Assembly: GCA_963748825.1 (NCBI GenBank)
Contig: CAVVKN010000009.1
Span: 247,471 to 311,470, forward strand
From: Methanotrichaceae archaeon
GTDB lineage: Archaea; Halobacteriota; Methanosarcinia; Methanotrichales; Methanotrichaceae
Length of the DNA stretch: 64,000 bases
Direction of reading: 5' to 3'
The notes beneath the pieces are model-generated. The model did no database searches. It had not been told where the DNA came from and saw nothing but the letters and a program-made list of their open reading frames with translations. The position numbers and the translations under genes were made by a program. Within the stretch, counting starts at the first letter, position 1. Each line of letters begins with the position of its first letter. Below, in pieces: positions 39,195 to 47,969 of this stretch.

Positions 39195-42100
39195 ATGTCT
39201 GAGGACCGTATCCTCTCCTCTCTTGGGTCTTTGTCCAAGGTTCTCTCCCAGCCAGGAGGCTACGAGCCAAAGCGACTGCGCGGCCTCTCTTGCCAGGGGC
39301 CCGATCTCGTTTCTTCTCTCATTGAGGCCATCCTCTGCTCCGATGAGGATCGGATGCAAAGGAATCTGGTCGAGCTGGCTGATTATCTCTCGGATAAGAT
39401 CAGCTCTACTGCCTGGTTAAACCTGGGCCAGCTGGCAGCTAGCCTATTCTTTCGCCGCGCCGCCGAGGAGTATTTTGAGAAGAGCGCCCTTCTGGCCCAG
39501 GCGCAGGGAGACGGTGAGGGGGAGGCACAGGCCTGGTTATCTTTGGGCAGCCTCTGCAGTGATGATGAGGACTGGGATCGAGCCAGCCGGTTCTATGAGT
39601 TGGCTTTAGAGGCCCTTGATGAGGGCGAGAGCCCATCTCTTATATGCTCCGTCCTGATAAATTTAGGCAGGGCCAGTTGCCGGCAAGGAGAACTCCTAAA
39701 AGCGGAGCAGTGCTATTCCAGGGCTTTGCATTTGCTTGATGGCGATGATCATTGCGGCCGGGCCGATGTGCTCTACTGCCTGGGAGAGCTCTGCCAGATA
39801 AAGGGCAACTATGCCGGGGCGGAGGAATGCTATCAAAAGAGCCTCTCCGAGGGGGAGAAGACCCAGGATCGGAAGGGGATGGCGGCATCGCTCGCTGCTC
39901 TCGCCTGTGTTTATCAGCTCACCGGGGCGGCAAGTAGAGTGGAAAGCTGCCTGGAAAAAGCCCGGCATCATCAGCAAGACATTGGCGACGAGTTGGCAGC
40001 GGCCAGGATGCGCTTTCAACTGGCTGATTTCTTTTTCCTGGAAGGCAGGCACAAAGAGGCTGCAGAGCATTACGAAAAGAGCCTGCCGGCCTTAGAAGAA
40101 GGCGACCGAACCCTGGCCGCCCGCGCTCAAAGTCGCATGGGACAATGCTTCCTGGATTTGGGCGACTACGTCCTTGCAGAGGATCATTTAAAGAGGGCCA
40201 TAGAGATCATGCAGGATCAAGGCGACCTATGTAACGTTGCTGATCTGCTCATAATGCTTGCCAGCAATTATCGCAGGCAGAATCGACTTGATGAGGCATT
40301 GCAATGCTCCCGGCAATGCCTGGAGATCAGAGAGCAGCAAAATGACCCCGGTGCAATTGCCGAAGCATATAGTTGCATGGGACTGATTCATGCCGACCGG
40401 CGCGAATACCGCCCTGGAAAAAATTGCTTTCAGAGGGCTGTAGATCTGCTTATGCAGAACGGAAAATGCTTGCCAGCGGCTGAGGCGCTCTCCAATTTGG
40501 GAAGCTTATGTCATATGAATGGTGAGCAGGAGGATGCCTTAAACTGCTACAGCCGCGCTTTAGAGATCTTCCAGGAACTTGGCAATGAACAGGGTCAGTC
40601 CCAGACCGAGGCCAATTTAGGCCTGATCTACCAGAGCAAAGGAGAGCTCTCTCTTGCCGAGGATTATTTGCAAAAGAGCCTGGCAGCAAGAGATGAGGCA
40701 GATGTGGCAGGGGGAGCTGGCATCAAGCTCTCTTTGGGCCTGACAGCTCAGCGCAAGGGCGACTGGGACTATGCCCAGAATTATTTTGAGCAGGCTGCCC
40801 AGGCTTTTGAAGATCTGGGAGATCTTCATGGTTTTTCTCTGGCACAAAACAATCTGGGAAATCTTCACTCGGATCGGGGAGACATCCGCAAGGCTATTTT
40901 ATGCTATAACTTGAGTCTGGATGCCAAGCGTGCTCAAAATGACCGGCACGGCATGGCCACAACTCTTGCCAATCTGGCGGCTGCCTATTTCCAGGAGGGC
41001 GAGCTTGCATCGGCGGAAGAGATGTACCAACAGAGCCTGGAGATCTTCCGAGATATGGGTGACCAGAGAGGCGAGGGGCGGTCGCTCCTAGGCCTGGCCG
41101 GGGCCAGGGCAGAGAAGGGGGAGCTAAAGCAGGCTATGAATCACTTTCAGGACTGCCTCATGCTGGGGATGGAGCAGGAAGACTCCCCGGCGATGACGGC
41201 TGCATTGAATGGCCTGGTAAATGTCTCTCTTAGGCTTGGTCTGTGGCAAGAGGCAGAGGCCAGCTATGTTCGGGTATTGGATGCCCTTCGCTCCATGGGC
41301 GACATGGGGGCAGCGGCGGCGGTATTATGCTCATGGGGAAATCTGCAAGCCGATCTGGGTGAATGGGATCATGCCCTGGAAAACTATCAGGAGAGCCTGG
41401 TCATCCTGGAGCGGCTAGGAGATGTTTATTCCATGGCTGTGGCCAAAAACAACCTGGCCAATATCTGTTACCGGCGCGGCGATTGGGCGGGGGCTCTAGA
41501 GAACTACCGCTTCAGCCGGGAAGGCTTTGCCAAGGAGGGTGATGATAAAAGCCAGGCATCCGTCCTGAGCAATATGGCCAGCCTCTGCTTCAAGAGAGGC
41601 AAATGGTCCCAGGCTTTGGAGTGCTACCAGGAGAGCCTGGATCTCTTCGAGAGACTGGAGGATATGGCTGGGACGGCACAGGTGCTGGGCAATTTGGGCA
41701 ACTTCTACCACCGCAGAGGCGAGCGCAGTTTAGCCAAAGAGCATTTCTTAAGGGCCTTAGAGATTTTAAAGCGCCAGGGAGACCGGCAGGGCGCCGCGGA
41801 GATGCAGGCCAATATCGACATGCTAAGGCCTGGCCGGGGCGACATTCCTGAAAATCTCGATGAATACTACAAGCAGCTTGGTGAGTTTAAAGCACAAGGA
41901 GACCTCTCCGGTCAGGCAGAGGTGCTCTGTGCACTGGCGGGCTCTTTTGCGGACTGCTGCCAGTGGGAGTCTGCCCTCTCCTGCTACCAAGAGAGCCTGC
42001 AGCTTTTTGCGGCCGTGGGGGAGATCTACAACCAGGCTCAGATCCGCTTCAATATGGCCCTGGTTTATAAGAACAAGGGCGATTTAGCCGAAGCCGTCAC

Positions 42101-42962
42101 GCTTTTTGGCGATGCCCTGGAGATTTTTCAGAGGCTTGAAGCAGCTCCCTGCATCGCCCAGGCCAGGTTGAATCTGGGCATCATCCTTGGCCTGATGGGC
42201 CAGGCGAAAGAGGCCGAAGATCACTTCAGCCAGGCTATCCATCTGCAAGAGGAGATGGAAGCCCCGTCCGATCTGTGCGAGGGATATCTGTCCAGGGCGC
42301 AATTCATGGTCAGGGAGGGGCGGCTGGTTGAGGCCGAATTCTATCTCAGCCGAGCGGAGACGCTCATATCTCGCACCGATTGTCAGATCCTCAATATCCT
42401 GCTCTACAATGTAGAAGGAGAGCTTCATCAGAAGGAAGGTCGCTACCGCGAGGGAATGAGCAGTTTTGAGAGGGCTTTATCCCAGGCAAGAATGCTCTCC
42501 AATCCCTATGAAGAGGCCAAAGCCATTGCCAATCTAGGAAGGCTGGCATTGCAGGTCAAGGACTATCCGCATGCCCTGTTCAAGCTGCAGCAGGCGTTGG
42601 CGGCCATGAGCCGCCTGGGGGCAATGCATGATTCCCTGGCCCTTTACCAAGATCTTCGCAGTCTCTTCCTGGCCCAGAAGGATTATGCGCGAGCGGAGGA
42701 GATGGCAGCACTTCGAGATCAGGAGGCAGACAGGCTCGGATACATGGACCGAAATGTAAGTGATCAGACCGATGCGGCGCAGTGTAGGGAGCATGCTAGC
42801 TGCAAGGATGAGGGTGCACAGGACTGCGGCGGCGTCCTGCAATTATGCTGTCATGAGGAAGGCCCCATCACCGGAACTCTGCTCGCGAAGAGGGAAAAAG
42901 AAAATTCTAAAGAGCTGCCAGAGCCGTCGCTTCTCTTATTGCAGCAAAGCAGGATCAGCTAG
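39195..42962 (+). CDS. Large tetratricopeptide-repeat protein (about 1255 aa)
   Basis: More than 25 repeats of about 40 aa (A..L.NLG..Y...G....A..YY..SL); ATG at 39195 after a GAGGTG RBS. Confidence 0.9.
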   Translation: MSEDRILSSLGSLSKVLSQPGGYEPKRLRGLSCQGPDLVSSLIEAILCSDEDRMQRNLVELADYLSDKISSTAWLNLGQLAASLFFRRAAEEYFEKSALLAQAQGDGEGEAQAWLSLGSLCSDDEDWDRASRFYELALEALDEGESPSLICSVLINLGRASCRQGELLKAEQCYSRALHLLDGDDHCGRADVLYCLGELCQIKGNYAGAEECYQKSLSEGEKTQDRKGMAASLAALACVYQLTGAASRVESCLEKARHHQQDIGDELAAARMRFQLADFFFLEGRHKEAAEHYEKSLPALEEGDRTLAARAQSRMGQCFLDLGDYVLAEDHLKRAIEIMQDQGDLCNVADLLIMLASNYRRQNRLDEALQCSRQCLEIREQQNDPGAIAEAYSCMGLIHADRREYRPGKNCFQRAVDLLMQNGKCLPAAEALSNLGSLCHMNGEQEDALNCYSRALEIFQELGNEQGQSQTEANLGLIYQSKGELSLAEDYLQKSLAARDEADVAGGAGIKLSLGLTAQRKGDWDYAQNYFEQAAQAFEDLGDLHGFSLAQNNLGNLHSDRGDIRKAILCYNLSLDAKRAQNDRHGMATTLANLAAAYFQEGELASAEEMYQQSLEIFRDMGDQRGEGRSLLGLAGARAEKGELKQAMNHFQDCLMLGMEQEDSPAMTAALNGLVNVSLRLGLWQEAEASYVRVLDALRSMGDMGAAAAVLCSWGNLQADLGEWDHALENYQESLVILERLGDVYSMAVAKNNLANICYRRGDWAGALENYRFSREGFAKEGDDKSQASVLSNMASLCFKRGKWSQALECYQESLDLFERLEDMAGTAQVLGNLGNFYHRRGERSLAKEHFLRALEILKRQGDRQGAAEMQANIDMLRPGRGDIPENLDEYYKQLGEFKAQGDLSGQAEVLCALAGSFADCCQWESALSCYQESLQLFAAVGEIYNQAQIRFNMALVYKNKGDLAEAVTLFGDALEIFQRLEAAPCIAQARLNLGIILGLMGQAKEAEDHFSQAIHLQEEMEAPSDLCEGYLSRAQFMVREGRLVEAEFYLSRAETLISRTDCQILNILLYNVEGELHQKEGRYREGMSSFERALSQARMLSNPYEEAKAIANLGRLALQVKDYPHALFKLQQALAAMSRLGAMHDSLALYQDLRSLFLAQKDYARAEEMAALRDQEADRLGYMDRNVSDQTDAAQCREHASCKDEGAQDCGGVLQLCCHEEGPITGTLLAKREKENSKELPEPSLLLLQQSRIS

Positions 42963-43609
42963 AGGTCGGACCAGACCATAGAGGGCAATAGACTCAGCTG
43001 CAGGTCGTTCTCCGCCAGGGCATGCCTGATCTGCGGGTCCTTGAGGAGAAGATCCAGCTCGCTCAGTCGGCCCATAACCTCACCAATGCTGGCGGCTTTG
43101 TGCTCGCTCCTGTAGCGAACTGGAGCATAAAATATCTCGCCGCGGCCTTGGGCCGCCTCCACGCCAAAGAAGTCGCGACTGTAAAAGCCCTCGAACTTGA
43201 GGATGATGGGCTTGTAGACCTCCTTTAAGGCAGGCACATAAAATTCTTCCAGCACCATCTGCTGCATTCGGTTCTTAGTTTCGGCGATGCGCAGCCTGAT
43301 GTATCCCTGGCCGTGGATGTAGCCCGCATAATGGATGTCGTATCTTATGCGGGAGCGCAGGTCGGTATGCAGGCCCAAGGTAAACTCGCAGGTATCCTCT
43401 GTTTCTGTCGGGTCTAAGTTGAGGAAGTACCTGATGAAAAGAGTGTATTGACTTTCAAAGGTGATGTAAATAAAGCTTTCGTCGCTCTCTGCACTCTTGA
43501 CAGCGATATCGCGTACATTCCAGCCAAAGAGCTTCTGGGCCTCTTCTTTGGTGAAGCTGTGCAACGCAAACTCGCGAACCTTCTCCAGGAGATCTCCCAT
43601 AGTTTCCAT
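42959..43609 (-). CDS. Hypothetical protein
   Basis: 216-aa ORF with typical codon usage and an AGAGTGA RBS-like element; converges on the TPR gene. Confidence 0.7.
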   Translation of the reverse strand: METMGDLLEKVREFALHSFTKEEAQKLFGWNVRDIAVKSAESDESFIYITFESQYTLFIRYFLNLDPTETEDTCEFTLGLHTDLRSRIRYDIHYAGYIHGQGYIRLRIAETKNRMQQMVLEEFYVPALKEVYKPIILKFEGFYSRDFFGVEAAQGRGEIFYAPVRYRSEHKAASIGEVMGRLSELDLLLKDPQIRHALAENDLQLSLLPSMVWSDL

Positions 43610-43881
43610 TCACATTCACTCTTCTCTCGAATCGGATAAACATTATGCTGAAATACAGGCTAACGAGAAAAAACTGTCTCCTCTCTATTTCATGTAGGTG
43701 AAGCAAGTGGTTTTGTTGTCTCGATGTCTCTGCGCCTAAGTTGGAAAAGCCCGCGATAATCAAATCAGGGGTTGCGGATTATGTAGTGCGCTGTTCGATA
43801 ATTTCGGAAGCCCAAACCCATCTCGGAATAGTTAAATAATGTTATGCACAAACCGAGAAATAAATTTGAGGAGGCTATTCT

Positions 43882-44646
43882 ATGTTAAATAAACTAATCC
43901 TAGCTACGATAGTCGTAATGCTGACAATATCTTTATCGATTGCATCGGAACCTCAGGGCACAAAAGAACCAGGCATCGGGCTGGATAATCCCGATATCAA
44001 GGAGACCCCTCAGGAAACCGGCCAAAACCAGACTGCTAATAACAGTCTATTTTTAGAGGACTTCAACCAAGTCAATAATCCCTACAAAGAGACGCTCTTC
44101 GCCACTGGGCAGGGACTGCGTAACGAATCTATCAATCATTACGCGAATCTTACGGTTGCCTTGACAGCTTTCCAGGAGAAGTATAAGGATTACCGCCCCA
44201 AGGTAATCGAGTCTGATCGACAGTTTTCAGGAGATATGATGAATGTATCTGCCATCATCTCTGATGTAAAGGATGACGTCCACACCGGCAACCTGACCGA
44301 AGCTCACAAGAAGCTTGAAGAAGTCAGGCCGATCTTCCAGAAGATCCTTACTCGCAATGGTTTACTGCCGCTCAGCGTGGCGCTGGTTGATTTCCATGAT
44401 GTCATGGAGCTAGTACTGGATGCTGCCAATAATAAGGACGCTTCTAAGGTACTGGAGGTCTACCCCAAGGCAGATGAAAAATTGCGAGCCGTAGAGGCGA
44501 TTAGCAGCGAGCCTGGAATCAAGTCAATAAGGGCTAACTTGGATGAGGTAATGAGCCTGGCAAAAGAGAACAAAACAGCGGATCTGCCAGCCAAGGCCGG
44601 CGATCTGAAGGCGAGCTACGTTAAAGTCTATTTGGCAACGAGCTAA
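43882..44646 (+). CDS. Secreted helical hypothetical protein
   Basis: GAGGAGG RBS, signal peptide, amphipathic helices with AH..LE.VR and DFHD.ME motifs. Confidence 0.8.
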   Translation: MLNKLILATIVVMLTISLSIASEPQGTKEPGIGLDNPDIKETPQETGQNQTANNSLFLEDFNQVNNPYKETLFATGQGLRNESINHYANLTVALTAFQEKYKDYRPKVIESDRQFSGDMMNVSAIISDVKDDVHTGNLTEAHKKLEEVRPIFQKILTRNGLLPLSVALVDFHDVMELVLDAANNKDASKVLEVYPKADEKLRAVEAISSEPGIKSIRANLDEVMSLAKENKTADLPAKAGDLKASYVKVYLATS

Positions 44647-45441
44647 GCCCCAGGAGTTGGCGCCAAGGATTCAAGGGGGTTGAAAGATTGATTGTGATCA
44701 ACCCTAATAAATTTTTTTCTAAATGCGCATCATTTATTAGAATATTTCCTGCCATATGCCACACTTTGGGCAGATTTCAGCACTTGCACCAATTTTTTAA
44801 CCGTATTTAGAACAGAACTTAGCGATTTTTTTTGTTTCTGCCTGATTTTTTTTGCTTCCACACCGCAAGAATGGTACAATCAATGTATAATGCCGCCTCT
44901 CTCAAAAATGATATTGACTGAATTGATGCTAGAATATCATCCCACGTTCCATTTATGATGGCACATAATCTCAATAGTCCATCCTCAATCGGATCTTTAT
45001 TTATTATGTCTGCCTTTGCATTAATTTCAGAACCGCATCCAGAACAAGAATTAGTGTTTTTGACCATTTCCGTCGGTTCTTGGACTTCATCCGTGTTCCC
45101 AGCCATGTTCCTCCTACAACGAGACACTACGATGCACTGCGATTATATCATTATTCCGAAACAGCATCGGAAATAGTTAAATAATGATCGATACAAATGT
45201 GGGCTGAAATATGGAAGCGATTCTATGATCAAAAAAATAATGGCTCTTCGCTATTTCCAGTGGCCAACCTCTGGTTATTATGTTTTTCCAATTGCTGGCT
45301 AGTCGCTCTGTGCGTCTTCTGGAACTATGTGTCTCCGTGGTTGAAAAGTCGTTAGACGCTGTTTATCGCCAAATGGCCTACGATACTCGAATAGCGAAGA
45401 GCCGAAAAATTGGTCCCGTGGAGCCCGGATGGAAATTCTAA

Positions 45442-46395
45442 TTAGAGCTTTAGGGGCCAGGAGACAATCGTCCATGATTCTATCGGCCAGGAGAACAGGA
45501 TCAATAATGCCGCAGCTAAGGTGAGGGCGATTGCAGTTTGCATAAGAAGCAGGGCGCGCGGCACATCCGAGGTCTCTGGCTCTTCGCCATCCTCCACCAG
45601 CACATAGTAGCCGGGCTTCTCCAGGCGGATATTGAGAGCGCCGGCCAGGGCCGCCATGGGCCAGCCGGAGTTGGGACTGGGGGTGGCGCTGTGGTAACGC
45701 AAAGCGGCCCGAAGAGCTGCGAGCGCCCGGGCCGGCCGCGCCAGGGCGATTAAGAGGATGGAGAGGCGGGCGGGAATGTAGTTAGCCAGATCATCGAGCT
45801 TTGCTCCGGCAAAGCCCAGCTCCTTGAGACCTCGGGTCTTGTAGCCGATCATGGAGTCCATGGTGCTGATGGCTTTGAAGGCCAACGCAGCTTCCAGGCC
45901 CAGGCCGAAGGGAGCAAAGAGCAGATAGTAAAAGATGGGCGAGAGGATGGAGTCCACATAATTCTCGGAGAGCGACTCAATCACCGCCGAGCTGGCCTGG
46001 GCGCGAGTAAGGGAGGTCGTATCGCGGCCCACCAGAGCGGGCAGCATCGACTTGGCCTCGTCCATGTCCCTGTCGATCATTTGTCCGATGTCTCGGGAGA
46101 CCTGCAGAAGACAACGAATCGCGAAGGTGGACTTGAAAAGGTAGGCTGAGACGAGCAATGGCAGAAGCGGAACATATCCTGCCGCTTTCACAGCCAGGTG
46201 GCCAGAGAGAACGGTTGCTGCTATTACCACGATGGCCAGAGCAATTCCGCTAGCCCTGGTGGGCCGGGCATGGGCACGCAGGAAAGCGATGAATTTCCCG
46301 ATCCATACCACAGGATGAACCTTTGCAGGCGGCTCGCCTAAGAGGATGTCAAAGGCTATGGCCAGGAGAAATACGACCAGACTTTCAGCAATCAT
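45442..46395 (-). CDS. cbiB: Adenosylcobinamide-phosphate synthase (CbiB)
   Basis: D..LGEPP...HPVVWIG, LVGRDT, ES.SEN..D, DSMIGY, DD.ANYIPAR and SPNSGWP motifs. Confidence 0.95.
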   Translation of the reverse strand: MIAESLVVFLLAIAFDILLGEPPAKVHPVVWIGKFIAFLRAHARPTRASGIALAIVVIAATVLSGHLAVKAAGYVPLLPLLVSAYLFKSTFAIRCLLQVSRDIGQMIDRDMDEAKSMLPALVGRDTTSLTRAQASSAVIESLSENYVDSILSPIFYYLLFAPFGLGLEAALAFKAISTMDSMIGYKTRGLKELGFAGAKLDDLANYIPARLSILLIALARPARALAALRAALRYHSATPSPNSGWPMAALAGALNIRLEKPGYYVLVEDGEEPETSDVPRALLLMQTAIALTLAAALLILFSWPIESWTIVSWPLKL

Positions 46396-46411
46396 TTCCC
46401 TTTCCCCACCA

Positions 46412-46654
46412 TCACAAATGTGCCTCCAGTTTCTTCCAGACGGTGCCGACTGCCTCGCCCTTCATGAGTGCGTCCAAGACCATGCCGGCTACCTCCGGGC
46501 GGTGGATGATTTGACAGGAGTCGCAGCACCAGGTGCCATCTAACTCTCTGCCGCCCGTTCTCTTGTCCCGGCAGGGATAAAAGGGGCAAAAGCAGAGGGA
46601 ACAGTCCTGCTCCAGGAAGTGGCAGGGAAATCTCTCGCAATTCAGTCTCTGCAT
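46412..46654 (-). CDS. Cysteine-rich small domain protein
   Basis: CE.FPCH...QDC..CFCPFYPC...W.C..C..IH motif; family commonly linked to cobalamin genes. Confidence 0.8.
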   Translation of the reverse strand: MQRLNCERFPCHFLEQDCSLCFCPFYPCRDKRTGGRELDGTWCCDSCQIIHRPEVAGMVLDALMKGEAVGTVWKKLEAHL

Positions 46655-47766
46655 TAGAGAGATCTCTCCAGGGCGGCTATCAACCGTTCGTTCTCAGAGC
46701 GGCTACGCACTGCTACTCGGATGTAGCTTTTGCCCAGGCCAAAGGACTGGCAGTCTCGCACCAGCACGCCCTGGGCCATGGTTCTTTCGGCCAGGACATC
46801 AGAGGCAAGGCCGGAGGGCTCGATATTCACCAGAATGAAGTTGACGCTGCTTGGGAGAGGCCGCAGGCCCAGCCCTTGCAGGGCAAACTCCAGCCAGGCC
46901 AGCTCCTCTTTTATGACAAAGCGTGACTGCTCCAAATGCTCATCGCAGCCCAGCAGATATGTGGCAGCGGCTGCAGCGAGCGAGCCTATAGACCAGGGAA
47001 TTCTTGCCAGATTCAAAATACCGGCCAACTTGATATTTGTCACTCCAAAACCCAGGCGCAGGCCCGGCACGCCAAAGGACTTGGTCAGCGACCTCATGAC
47101 GAACAGAAACTGCCTGTGCGGCGCTTGGGCCGCCACGCTCTCCTCTGGCTCGGAAAGCTCAATGAAGGCCTCATCCACCAGCAGAAAGGTCTCTGCCTCT
47201 TCGCACCTATCGGCCAGATCAATGACCCGGTCAGCACAAAGAAGCCTTCCCGTGGGATTGTTGGGGTTACAAAGGAAGAGCAGCTTGGCCTTTTCAAGAT
47301 CGGTATCGTTTAGAAGTGGCAGGCCGTCTGTGCCGATGTTTACCTTTTTGACCACAGCTCCTGCCAGAAGGGACTGGTTTGTGTACTCGCCAAAGGAGGG
47401 TGTGGGAACAAGGCCGAGGTCGCCCTCCTCAAAGCAGCATTCGGCAAAGAGCCGAATAAGCTCCGAGGAGCCGTTGCCGGGGACAATGCATTCCATATCT
47501 ACATTCACAAATTTTCCGGCGGCGCGACGAAAGTCCCGGTAGCTATTGTCTGGATAGTGGCCAATATTCTCCAGCTCTTCTAAAAACAATTCTTTGAGCG
47601 GCGGTGAGCCTAGAGGATTGATGTTTGCGGAGAAGTCTAAGGGCTCTGCTCCCAGGATCGATGCCGCCTCCTGTACTTTGCCGCCGTGCTGGCACGCTCC
47701 GGCCCTGGCAAAGCTCTTCCGTATCCGGTTTATCATGGATTCGCTTGCCTTCTTGTGCAAAGGCAT
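46654..47766 (-). CDS. cobD: L-threonine-O-3-phosphate decarboxylase (PLP-dependent)
   Basis: HGG, DFSANINPLG, GNGSSELI, CNPNNPTG, DEAF and SLTKSFGVPGLRLG motifs; in an operon with cbiB. Start may be 47736. Confidence 0.88.
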   Translation of the reverse strand: MPLHKKASESMINRIRKSFARAGACQHGGKVQEAASILGAEPLDFSANINPLGSPPLKELFLEELENIGHYPDNSYRDFRRAAGKFVNVDMECIVPGNGSSELIRLFAECCFEEGDLGLVPTPSFGEYTNQSLLAGAVVKKVNIGTDGLPLLNDTDLEKAKLLFLCNPNNPTGRLLCADRVIDLADRCEEAETFLLVDEAFIELSEPEESVAAQAPHRQFLFVMRSLTKSFGVPGLRLGFGVTNIKLAGILNLARIPWSIGSLAAAAATYLLGCDEHLEQSRFVIKEELAWLEFALQGLGLRPLPSSVNFILVNIEPSGLASDVLAERTMAQGVLVRDCQSFGLGKSYIRVAVRSRSENERLIAALERSL

Positions 47767-47969
47767 TTCAAACTTGTGGACAGAAAATCCCCCAATAACG
47801 ATCGTGACTGGGCAGCATCGTGGTGCCTTATTAATTAATATATAAAAATACTACTATGAATTTCTAAGAGATTCCGGGGTTTTTATATTATATAGTATCC
47901 GAAAGTGTTTTATTCAATCTAGCGAACTCAATCGACGTATATCAAAGGAAGAGGAGGCTAAGATTTCCG

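Noticed and set aside
44819-45127. 102-aa minus-strand ORF in an AT-rich patch
   Set aside because: No convincing motif or RBS; possibly a decayed fragment, but no product can be supported.
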